Shown in pieces: positions 49,780-60,858 of a stretch of 64,000 nt of DNA (its first letter is position 1; every line of letters begins with the position of its first letter). The notes under the pieces were generated by a model. The model was not told where the DNA came from. It saw only the letters and a list, made by a program, of their open reading frames with translations, and searched no databases. A program made the translations under genes and the position numbers. Origin of the DNA: Zootoca vivipara (lineage: Eukaryota); the NCBI RefSeq assembly GCF_963506605.1, contig NC_083276.1, forward strand, positions 128,340,001-128,404,000, given 5' to 3'.

Positions 49780-50480
49780 GGTATCTGAGAAGTGTGCATG
49801 CATACGAAAGCTCATACCTACGACAAACTTAGTTGGTCTCTAAGGTTCTACTGGAAGGATTTTTTATTTTTATTTTAGCTGCATGCTATGCAACGAATGG
49901 AGCATTTACTGCTGCATGTAGACAAGCGTGGCATTGCAACTACTGCATTTGTCATTCTATCTACGGTCGTGATTTGGAAACTCTGCACAAGCAGCAATGC
50001 AAGACCAACAAGTAAAGTGAGGGAGCACAGTTGTAATAGGAGAACAAAGATTGTTGTGTGTTTAGAGCTGCAGATCTGGAGCTAAATAAAAAAATTCCTT
50101 CAGTAGCACCTTAAAGACCAACTAAGTTTTTATTTTGGTATGAGCTTTTGTGTGCATGCACACTTCTTCAGATACACTTGAAACAGAAGAGTCAGACCCT
50201 TATGTATATACAGAGGGTGGTGGGGGTGGGTGGGAATGGGTGATGGGCTGATAGGAGTGGTAAACCTGTTGATGGCTGTTAACGACTGCTGATGACTGCA
50301 ATTGGTCCTGCAGGGGGAAAGCAAGGGCTGAGGCGCTAAAGAAAGCTTGATCATGCATAATAAGATGAGAATCCTATGTCTTTGTTCATCCCAGGTGGCT
50401 CCATGGTTTTAAGCTTGGAACTCATTACCATTTTTTTATTTTGCTTCGACTCAGACCAACACAGCTACCTACCTGTAACT
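49780..50480. mobile_element. Penelope-like element terminal-repeat fragments in inverted orientation; another fragment at 45703-45833
   Basis: 49780-49868 and 50089-50175 are inverted copies containing ctgaagaagtgtgcatgcacac.aaagctcatacc and cttagttggtct.taaggtgctactg; cagaccaacac.gctacctacctgtaa occurs at ~45809 and ~50452. Confidence 0.7.
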
Positions 50481-50637
50481 AGATCTGGAGCTGAATGCTC
50501 AGAGCTATCAGGGACAAAGACACACATTTTAAGCTGGTTTAATGTAAGGTGTGGCTGTTAATTTTGTCCCAAGTACCCCATATACTGTTTTACTAGCATG
50601 ACATCTTCTGAAGTCTCCTGCAATGGTTCTTCTAAGT

Positions 50638-50971
50638 CAGGGGTGGCCAGCTCCCAAGAAACTGCGATCTACTCAGAGTTAAAGACTTGCAGTGATCTAC
50701 CCCTTTTTGGGGGGTTCAGGTCAAAGTTGTTGAGCTTTTTTTTAAGGAAGGAAACCCTGTTATGTGGGGTTCAGGTCAAACTTGTTGAGCTTCTTTTAGG
50801 GAAGAGGGAAGTCCCATTTTGGGGGGGGGGTGAAGGGTCAAAATGTAGAATTTTTTTAGGGGAGCCAAAGTTGTTCAGCTTCTTTGGGGGGAGCCACTGA
50901 TCTACCAGTGATCTACCACAGACGTCCAGTGATCTACCGGTAGATCAAGATCTACCTGTTGGATGTGCGTG
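50638..50971. mobile_element. Non-autonomous hAT element
   Basis: Starts caggggtggcca, repeated gatctac subterminal motifs, perfect TSD ttctaagt (50630-50637 and 50972-50979). Confidence 0.85.
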
Positions 50972-51646
50972 TTCTAAGTCTTCATTGCTCTATCCTTAAA
51001 AAGAAGCAAAAGTGCATTTTTACTGATAGCATTTACAGACTCCAATGAGCACGTGGAGAGAGAAGGCTTGCAATTATAAGTTGGAGAAGCACTGGAATCT
51101 AGGGGCAGCTCATTTTTATGTAATGACCATGATTTAATCAAATGAATAGTTTGTGGTTGGTCCTATAAGAAGTGTAAGAGTAAAAACATCTATACTTGAG
51201 ACTGAAATTACTTCATTAGCTAGACATTGTAGAATGAAATTTCTGTTTCACTGTGCATCCTACATTAATGAAATGTACTGTACATGTGGAACCAACAGCA
51301 TGCAAGTTGTGCTCCAAAATGCTTTTTGACATCATGTATGCAAATGGACTAACAGCGCAATCCTAACCATGTCCAGTCAGAACAGAAGTGAGTCCTATTG
51401 TATCCAACAGAACTAACACCCAGATAAGTGGGGTTAGAACTGCAGCCTTAGACAGTAAGGGTCCATCTAAAAGGCTGGTTCTGTGAAGTCAAAGGGGGCA
51501 AAAAGTGATGAGAGAATATGCATTCCTATAACACACAAAAGTACAAATCACTTACAAAAGGGGACAGATATAGGAACTCATGAAGAATGAACAATATGCA
51601 ATAAAGAAGAACAGCAAAATTATGCCTTCTGTCTTAAACTAAGACA

Positions 51647-52000
51647 GGGACCCAGGTGGCACTGTGGTTAAACCACTGAGCCTAGGGCTTGCCGATCAGA
51701 AGGTTGGCGGTTCGAATCCCTGTGACGGGGTGAGCTCCCGTTGCTTGGTCCAAGCTCCTGCCAACCTAGCAGTTCGAAAGCACGTCAAAATGCAAGTAGA
51801 TAAATAGGAACCGCTACAGTGGGAAGGTAAACGGCGTTTCCATGTGCTGCTCTGGTTTGCCAGAAGCGGCTTTGTCATGCTGGCCACATGACCTGGAAGC
51901 TATACGCCGGCTCCCTCGGCCAATAATGCGAGATGAGCGCACAACCCCAGAGTCGGTCACGACTGGACCTAATGGTCAGGGGTCCCTTTACCTTTACCTT
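51647..52000 (+). mobile_element. Sauria SINE, full length
   Basis: gggacccaggtggcactgtggttaaacc...ccctttacctttacc; TSD cttaaactaa (51633-51642 and 51998-52007). Confidence 0.92.
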
Positions 52001-55000
52001 AAACTAATACTTAAAACAAGAACTTATTTGGGTTTGACAGGGCAACCTGTGAAATTGCAGGTCTCACTTGTGACCTACAAAACCAAACATCAACCCTGGA
52101 TTGTGTTCTGCTATGTGTTTGACAAATCCTCTATGTTAAGATTTTAATTTGTTTCAGAAGATGGACTGATACCTCAGAGGGGCCAGGCAGGTAACAAAAA
52201 AATGAAGACTATTTAGTCCCTGGTAGGACACCATGCATGCATATTTGGGGGGCTCTCTTTGGCTTAGTAACTAGAAATTGCACATGTAATTCTTCCTTGG
52301 CAACCCCCTATTCCCTGTACACACCTTCCTCCAGGATCCAATACAGTAATATGAAAATCTTCCACTGTATATTAATGGTACATTTCCCTACTATACATGC
52401 ACATGTATAAGGATAAGAAACCACAGAAAAAATAGAGGTAATATATTCCGGTGGTGATATTTCACTATAAATACTGATAACATAAATGAATTCTATTAAC
52501 AACAAAAACCCACCCACAGATTCCCATAACTGAAACCTGAATGCTTAACATACTTGTAAACCATATTTTAAACATATCTGATGTGTGAAAGAAAGATAAT
52601 TATTTTGTGAGCAACTGTTGAGTTACAGTATTCTTATTGTTTCTTCTCCAAGATCCTAATTTTTTTTCTAACAGCCTAAATTGGCATGATAAGATCTACA
52701 CATTCTGTTCTAATGAAACTGCATTTCTATTAACAACAAAATAAATTTGGGGTTTCAAGGGAGATCCTGGGCTAAATCAAAAAGACATCAAAATAAATTT
52801 ACAAGTTACAAGCACTTAGTTTGGAAAGCAAAATTGCATGCTACCTTCTGTCCATTTAGCAGTAAAAGGTGAAAGATTTATACGATCTGAAGAGAAACCA
52901 GAGTATATTTAGCAGTGAGGTAAATGAATTGACTGTCAGCTGTGAAAAAATTGCAACATCTTAAATAGCATCTTAAAGATGATGCAGTGTGGTACTTCTA
53001 CATAAATGGATGAAAAATAAGCCATTACCTCTTCTCATGCAATGGTTATTAAAAAGATTCAGGTTCTGGATTTCGTTGACTCCGTATCATTAGAAAAGCC
53101 TTCTGTCCAGATGATGTTATTCTTTTCTTGCTTGTCCTGCTGAGCCTTAACAGAAATGAAAGCCTTGCTCGGGGAAAGCAAGAGAATGAACCATTTGTCT
53201 GTTGCTTAGAAACACAATATTGCTGAACTGAATTTTTAAGAAAAAGAACACAGTACTAGCAAGCAGCTTCCCGTGGGGCTGAGCTGCTGGGCCAGAGTGC
53301 AAGAGATCCTTTTACATGCCAAGGCATTGGATTTCAAAGCTAAATGTTTTATCTGAAACACTGACAGCTGGTTGATAAATGAGAACTGGTCCCTCTTCTG
53401 CCATGCACCTTATTGGATGTAACAGTTTGCGTCAACAATCACTTGCATCAAAAGGAAGCAAGGTGTCAAGAAAATAGAGAATTGACATGTTCCTAGGGAC
53501 ACTTGAAGCCTGATCCTGTGTGGATTGAAGCACACCTAAGGCCACTGAAATCAAATGGATGTTAAGTGTGTTTAATTTAATGCAGCGTTCAACTCAACAG
53601 TATTTGTTGCACGACACCCCAATCTCTGAGTGGTGCAAGATTCCAAGGGTTCCAGGTGTTTGTTTTTCCAGGGTTTGTTTTTCCTCAGAATGAGGGACAG
53701 TGGAGACTGTGATGTCTTTATGATATATGGTTTAGTTACACATATATACAAACTGAGCCCACGATGGAGGGGTTCACACCATTAACACTCCAAAAAGGTC
53801 TTGCTTCTCCCATAGCCACAACCTTGGATTCAAGCAGAAATCAGGCATTCTGTCTTTCTGGCTTCCCAGCCTGCCGCTTTACTCCCAGCTTTTAGCTCAC
53901 AATATAACTCAATTCTCCACTCTGGCACAGAGCAACTTCATTTGTTACCTTAATGACCCATACTCAGGCCACTACCTCACCAGGAAGCTGGCCTGTCTTA
54001 TTTCAAGAATTTGAATCCTTGTTTTACCACTTTTATCACTTGCTGGATCCAGGAATTAGAAGGGGCCCTTGCATACAAGCCTACCCCTGCCGCCCAAACT
54101 CCTAACAGTATTATCGTATACAGAATATGAAGACCAATTGCAATTTTTGTGTGTGTGAATGCAGGTGCAACAACGTGTTGAAATGTGTGACAGCCACTGC
54201 AAACTGACTAAAAGCTGCACTCTCTCCTGGGAGTTAAGTGCCATCAAATAGTAGTGCCATCAAATAGTAGGATTTGCTCAAACATGCATCGGATTATACC
54301 TTTAGAACATGAGCTGCAGCAGAAGTCTGCAGTGCTATTCAAAGCACTGAAGTTCTGTCCTCTATTGTAGGGATTTGCAGCTGGAAGTCCAAGGGCCAGA
54401 TCTATCCCCTAACTCGTCCTATTTGAACAATTTATTAGTTTGCCTGTAAAAATATGGAATGCTTCACCTCTTGCCAGCCCCAAGGAATACATGGCACATT
54501 CAGCGAACCGTGGCTGGGGCAGCAGAACCCACCAGAACTCAACTTTGAAGAATACGGGAGGGAGGCCTTGGAAAGAATTACCCTGTAGATAAAGCTAGTT
54601 GCTGACTAGAGATCCGTTACACACTTTCTTCCATTGGTTTTCTCAAAATGCTGCGTGCAAAGCTGTCCAAAATGCTGCAATGCTGGATCTGCTGCTTTTG
54701 TTTCTGAGGTACTGTCCTCTGTGGGATTTTTTTTTAAAAAAGTCCTAAATCTGAACATTAAAATTGCCAACAATTTTTGACACCTGAAAGAAGGTGTTTG
54801 GAAAATGACAGAAGTAAAGGTGGGACAATTTGCCCTGGGGAGCAGGGGTACCCCTAAACATTTTGTGAATCTAAGTTTAGCCTCATTGAGGGGCAGTATT
54901 TCAACATGAGTAGGAAAATGAGAGTACCCCAAACATTTTTTAGGGAAAAAAGCGCTGGTTTGGCCCAAGAGATTTTGGCACCTGAAAATGGCATTCTCTT

Positions 55001-55059
55001 GGTCCTCGCCAGGGAAAAGGGGGCGAGCGAAGGGAGGAAAGAAAAGGTCTACGTTGAGA

Positions 55060-55500
55060 TCTGCTGCCCCTGTGCATCCTGCCGCCTCACCTTGCCTCAC
55101 CGGCAGGCCAGCCCTCATCTCTGGGCAGAAGCTGCGCGGGTTTCCATGGCGACGCAGCCCGCTCACCTCGAGGGACTGTTAGGCCTCGCCCTTCCCTCAC
55201 ATGCGGGAGGCAGGCAAGCGGACCAAGGGCTGCCGGTGGAACAAAGCGGCCGCGCAGAGCGGCTCTTAAGAGCGCACAAACGACAACAACACGTTTTTAT
55301 TTACTTTGTTCCTTTTAAAATTTAGGACAGGAAACGCCCCAGCCCCTCCAGGAAATCCGGACGCCGTAGTTCGTGGAAGGTGAAGGGGGCGGAGTCAACG
55401 CAGCGGCCGACGGAAGAGCCAATCCCGTCGCTTGGAGCGGATCACATGATAAACTCCAAACCCAAACGCGGTTTTTGCTTACAGCGCTGAGCGCAGAACG
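55060..55500. promoter_or_regulatory. CpG island, probable bidirectional C2orf80/SGO2 promoter
   Basis: CpG-rich; GC box ggggcggagt near 55386, ETS-like cggaag near 55411, CCAAT near 55419, X-box-like gtttccatggcgac at 55140-55153; splice donors facing both ways (minus gag|gtgagc at 55166, plus ctg|gtaagt near 55746). Confidence 0.75.
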
Positions 55501-56755
55501 TTGCGAATAAATTAGATATTAGAAGAAAGGAAAGGAGAGAGAAAGAGCAAAAGCGGACTTTCTTTATCCAGGGCATCAAGGGGTACGGCAACCCTAGCGA
55601 ATCTTTGTTGCTGTTGTTTTCTTTCAAAATGAAGTACTGTACTAACTAAAGTCCCGCTTTTCGGAGGAGGCTGAGGCCACTTGGAGGATTGTACAGGGTT
55701 GCCTGAGCAAGGGTTATATTAAAAAAATATATTGAATGAATACTGGTAAGTATGTTTTCCCTATAATTTAATGGTTATGCTTCGGGGGCGGGGGGGGATG
55801 TATATATATATGCATGTACAACACTGCCACCTTAGCCTTAAGTCCTTTGCTTCCTCAGCCACTTTTCTTTGGCTTTATTCTGTTTAAAAATGCACTTATT
55901 ATTTATTAAACCTATGGGGCAACCTTCACCCGAAGACCCCGAAGGGCAGTTCACAACAGAAAAATACAGGATACAAAACACATAAAACACAAACAAGCCA
56001 GTAACCCCCCTCCCACAAACACATTTCAAAAGCCAAATGCCTGGTTGAAGGGAAACGTTTTAACCTGTCACCTGTCGCAAAAAATGTATTAGATACCGTT
56101 CTGGATTATGGAATGAAACAACATAAATCTGTGCAAGAGAATACAGTTAATATAAGCAGTATAATGAGAATGATTGGAAGTTATAGATTTTAATTTGTTA
56201 GTTGATTGTAATATGTCGTATGTTTCATGTTATTTTTATTTAATTTGTTGTTTATTGTATTGTTTTTGTGTTGTATGATTTGTTATGTATATATGTTTGT
56301 ATGGGAAATTAATAAATATTTATTTTAAAAAAAGATGTGGCATTGTGTCAGTGTGATAGCAAGGGAGAAACTGTTCTGACAGCCATTTCTTAATTATTAA
56401 TACCATTACTATTACTACTACTACTACTATTAATGTATTATGTTTATATTGTGCACAGTAACCAGGCTAATGTGTATTGTTCTCACCACCCTTTTAAGTC
56501 TCAAGGCAACCCTGTGAGGTAGGCTGCACTGGGAGATGATGGCCTGCCCAATGTCTTGCCCCCCCCCCGGAACCTCATGGAGGAATGAGGTTCTGAACGT
56601 GATTTTCCCTAGAACTGTTTTGACACTTCAACTGCTACCCCACTTTCAGTCTGCTTCTGAAAGATACGGTAATGATGGTAGAGTATCTTGTAAATATAAA
56701 GGATGATAATGGCAGACTTTTCTTTTTCTGAACAACTGGCAGGACTGCCTGAAAA

Positions 56756-56897
56756 ATGTTACTTCAGGCACTAGAAGAAACATCCATTTCCTTCACAAGT
56801 GGAGTCAGGGAACGGATGAAGGAAAAGAAAAATGGTGCTATGAAGACGGCAAAGCTGAATGCTTCTCTTGCATCAAAGATCAAAACAAAAACAATAA
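56756..56897 (+). CDS. SGO2: Shugoshin 2, first coding exon
   Basis: [47 protein letters not shown]|gtaagt, 142 nt; [13 protein letters not shown] is characteristic of vertebrate SGO2. Confidence 0.9.
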
Positions 56898-57182
56898 GTA
56901 AGTGGCAGTATTTAAAAATAATTTGTTATGCTTGAGCTCTGGCGACCTGGACTATTCTATTGGGGTGAGTTATAAGACAAGAGTTGCTGAGCTTTTACAG
57001 CCTAAGTGAATGTGACTAAAATGGTCATCAAACTCATGCATACATACCACACTTACATACAGAATCAGAATTGTAGAGAGTCCTCAGTCTAGTCCAACCC
57101 CCTGCAATGCAGGAATCTCAGCTAAAGCATCCATGATAGATGGCAATCCAACTCCTGCTGAAAAACCTCCAACAGGTTGGCG

Positions 57183-57214
<32 letters not shown>

Positions 57215-58082
57215 AAAACAAACAAACAAACAAACACAGATGCACACTCATCCCTGTCAGCAATGGGCCGAGGCAAGAGGTTTAAATCCATCACATGGCT
57301 GGACTATGGGGCGATTTCCCCATCACAGAGCTGAGCTTACATGCTAGAAAGGTTTAATCTTCAACCGCAAGCACAGCCAATATAGGGCATTATCAGAACA
57401 AAAGCCTTATAGGACCTATTCCCCCCCCCCACACACCTGTTCCGCACAGCAAAACCACAGATGGTGCAGCTTGAGTTGGTTATACAGATGGAGTGCTGTG
57501 TATTTGCATGAGTCTGGTTCAGGGAATGCCAGCCTTGATGCTGGTGCATATCCCTGCAATGTGGAGAAACACTAGGTTTTTGTAAATTGAGGGAGGAGGA
57601 GAGAAGATGATAACCCTGGTGTTAGCAGGATTGGGGAAGATTTGACCACTCAAGAAAAAATGGCACAGGAAGTGATTTATCAGTATCACCACTGGCCCTA
57701 GCTGTGTTTTCAGTCCCAGTGAAGTGGCATTTGACAGTTCCACTTTTTGTGTGTTCTTTGAAAAAGATGTCTGATTTATGGCACAGGTCTTACGGCTCTA
57801 AACAGCAGCATAATCATAGTGATTGAAACTGCCTTTGTTCAACCATGCCAAGCCACTGCTGATTGCCAAGGGGGAGACAAGTAAGAATTTGGTTCATAAT
57901 ATACAGCATAAGTCTGTGGCAGGGTACACAGGTTTCATAAGTTGATTGGAGTTTACCTACCAATTTTGGCTGCCGACTTCTGTTGTTCTTGTCTTGATAA
58001 GGCAAAGCTTTGGAAAGGGTTGGCCAGTAAAGCTAACAAAACCCACCCATTTCTCTCTCTCTCCCTCTTTTGAAAAATGCAG

Positions 58083-58258
58083 ATAACTCCTCTATAATTA
58101 AGTTCTCCCTAAAACAGAACAACAAAGCATTGGCTTTGGCTCTCAATGCTGCAAAGGGAGCTAGTCAAAGACTAATTGCTGAGAAGATGCTACTGCAGAA
58201 AGAAGTGGAGTTGTGTCACTTTGAAAATGCTTCCCTGCGCCGAAAGCTCTTCTCTGTG
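58083..58258 (+). CDS. SGO2: Shugoshin 2, N-terminal coiled-coil exon
   Basis: tgcag|(N)[20 protein letters not shown]...[26 protein letters not shown]|gtacgg, 176 nt; shugoshin NN..LA.AL motif. Confidence 0.93.
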
Positions 58259-58939
58259 GTACGGTATTTGCAGCCATGTTCTTTGTCTCTGTGGTAACTG
58301 GAGCCTTTTCTTCAATGGTGCTTAAACCAGGGGTGAAACTAGGCTTTATTTCACCCGGGTCAAAGACCTAGTTTGGCACACCCACCCAACTATTAGCATT
58401 TTGGAAGGGTGTAACGAGGAATTGGGTGTCTTGAGTCACAGAAGGCTGGATTAGGGAACCTTGGTCAAGGGTATCCACGCATTGGCATGGTATATCCTAT
58501 AAATGCTTGATAAGGTCCATGAGAACCAAAGTCATAAGAAACGAGAGGCAACTGTAGAGAAACATATTTTGTTAAATTTTGGAAGCTCTTGTTACTAATT
58601 TATGGATCAAGATTCATGGATTAATTAATAGATCAACATGCTTTACAACACAGAGATAAAATCATATTTAAAACTATTAAAAACCCATGGGGAAATTATT
58701 AGGAATGTTATTTAGGTTAATTTGTATACTGCTCCTCTTCCAAAGAGCTCAGGGCACTTCACAGCATTAAAATTCAAAATGAAAACACAAAATGCATAAT
58801 AAAAACAAGAACATTATTCTAACTGCTTCTGTAAAGAGTCTTCAACCTAAGCTTTCCAGTGCTTATTAGGCCTGGTTTGCTTGTTTTTTATTTAAACTCG
58901 ATAGGTTTAAAAAAGTTAACCTTTTTTGTTTATATGCAG

Positions 58940-59066
58940 AACAAATCTATTAATGAACTGCAGCAATATATGAATAGCCACTTGCAAATAGCAATCAAGC
59001 TGAGCAGACCTCAGGATGAAGAGGATGAAGCTGCATTGGCACCTGATCTGGACACGCCTTTTGGTG
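58940..59066 (+). CDS. SGO2: Shugoshin 2 exon, 3' boundary uncertain
   Basis: tgcag|NKSINELQQYMNSHLQIAIKLSRPQDEEDE...; the first GT donors follow 59063 or 59066, both phase 1. Confidence 0.7.
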
Positions 59067-60858
59067 GTATAAAAGAGCTTTTAACATATAATTACTTTGG
59101 CTGTATGCGGCAGACATCTGGCAGGCAACCCCAATAACCTTCAAACATCTATTGAAAACCTTTTTATGCTGACAAATCTATTTGTTGAATTTCTTTTTAG
59201 GTGAGCCACTCACTCTTGTGGTGATTTTGCATTGTTTTACGCTTTTTATTTTGTGCACCTCCTTGATATATTATGCGAGTGGTCGTATATAAATACATCC
59301 ATAAATTAAACATAGCACCCCCTGTATGAGTGAGACACACATGTAACTGGAAAGCCATATGCTTGGGACGGCCACAGCTGTGGTCTTGGGAGTAAGCCTA
59401 CTCAGTGGGATTTACTTCTGAGTAACCATGTATAAGATCAGGCTGCACATTTTATTCATGGCCTGAGCTTACGTGGCGCTGAGGTTCTCTCTTCCTTCTA
59501 TCTACAGATGTGGTACAGAATCATCGGGGAACTGTTTCCAGTTACTCCTGGCTCAACCTGACCCTGAAACTGCCCATATTCTGTACTCAGTGGTGCAAGA
59601 TGGGAATCTGCGTCACTTATGTATTTATTTACTGTGCTGTTGGGTGTTGGCAGTATACCAGTCAGGAATCCACAATTCTGTTCCTTTTCAGTACTGAGCA
59701 ATAGGTTCAGTGTGCATCATGCTTAATTATTCTCTTACAATCCTGTGAGCATTTGGGGGAAGAAAGAGGAGCCAAATTTCTATAACTTTGTCTTTAGGGT
59801 TTGTTAGGGTCCCAAGAGATGGTCCTTAAGTTAAAGTCAGTTGTGGGCTGTGGATAAGGAATGGCAAGCAGATTTGGCCAAGACTACATCGTGGAGGTCT
59901 GGATGGAAAACCACCTATTGCATCAGACTATGTTACACTAAATGTAGGCAACAATAAAAGGCATAGCTTTGCCTGTCTTCAGTACCAAATACCATTTTTC
60001 CTAAGCAGGCAAACTTTTTTTTTTCTGATGAGGGAATTATATGTCAGCTGGCAGAAGAGCTGAAGGTAGAGCTGAGTGGGGGCAAAGTGAAAAGTAGGCA
60101 GGGCTGCTTACCCCTTTTTCACTTAATGCTGCTGCCACCTTCCTTCTTCTCACCCCCCCTTCACGCAATGGGACCCACAGCTTGTTTTTGCCTGAGGTTT
60201 GATCAGATCACTTGCAGTGGGCTTTTGGAGTTAGGTCTAGAGTTGTATAAAATAATCCCTTGCTGTTTGGTGTGTGCTTTAAAGAATAGCAAAGACTTCA
60301 TGAAGTGCCATTTGACGGCTGCCACCGAAAAGCTTTTGTAATTACAGAATGGGCATAGACGTCAAAACACACACACACACACGGAAACAATTGTATGCAC
60401 ACTTATGTGGGTTAAAAAGCTGGCTTGTTGAAGCTAACTAGATTCACCACTAACTACAATTCCTGGTTCAGACAAAATGGGAAACCACAATTAACAGAAA
60501 ATGGAAACAAATTCTTCTGAACTCCTCGGTTGTGTGAGGGAAATGAAAAATGCACGAGTCCAGGAAGCAGCTAGGCTCATTTGCATACTAAACATTGCCA
60601 TTGTTTAGTATAATGTCTGAATATTGATTGTGGGGTGTGGCACGCAATGTGAAAGGGGGGGTGTTGCTTTAAAGCCCTATTTGTGGGCTCCCTGGAAGCA
60701 CCTGTCTGGTCTCTGTTGGAAATGAGATGGACCCTTGGTTAGACTGAGAACTATTTTTCTTGTTTTCTTACTGCACAAGCTTAATGGAATGTTAATGTTT
60801 TTTTTAAAAAAAAGCAAGTTTGTGTTCACCTACTAAATTAAGCTATTTGCCATTGTAG

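Noticed and set aside
53029-53227. Minus-strand exon-like segment with a good acceptor and donor
   Set aside because: All three frames contain stops; at most a UTR exon, which cannot be supported without transcripts.
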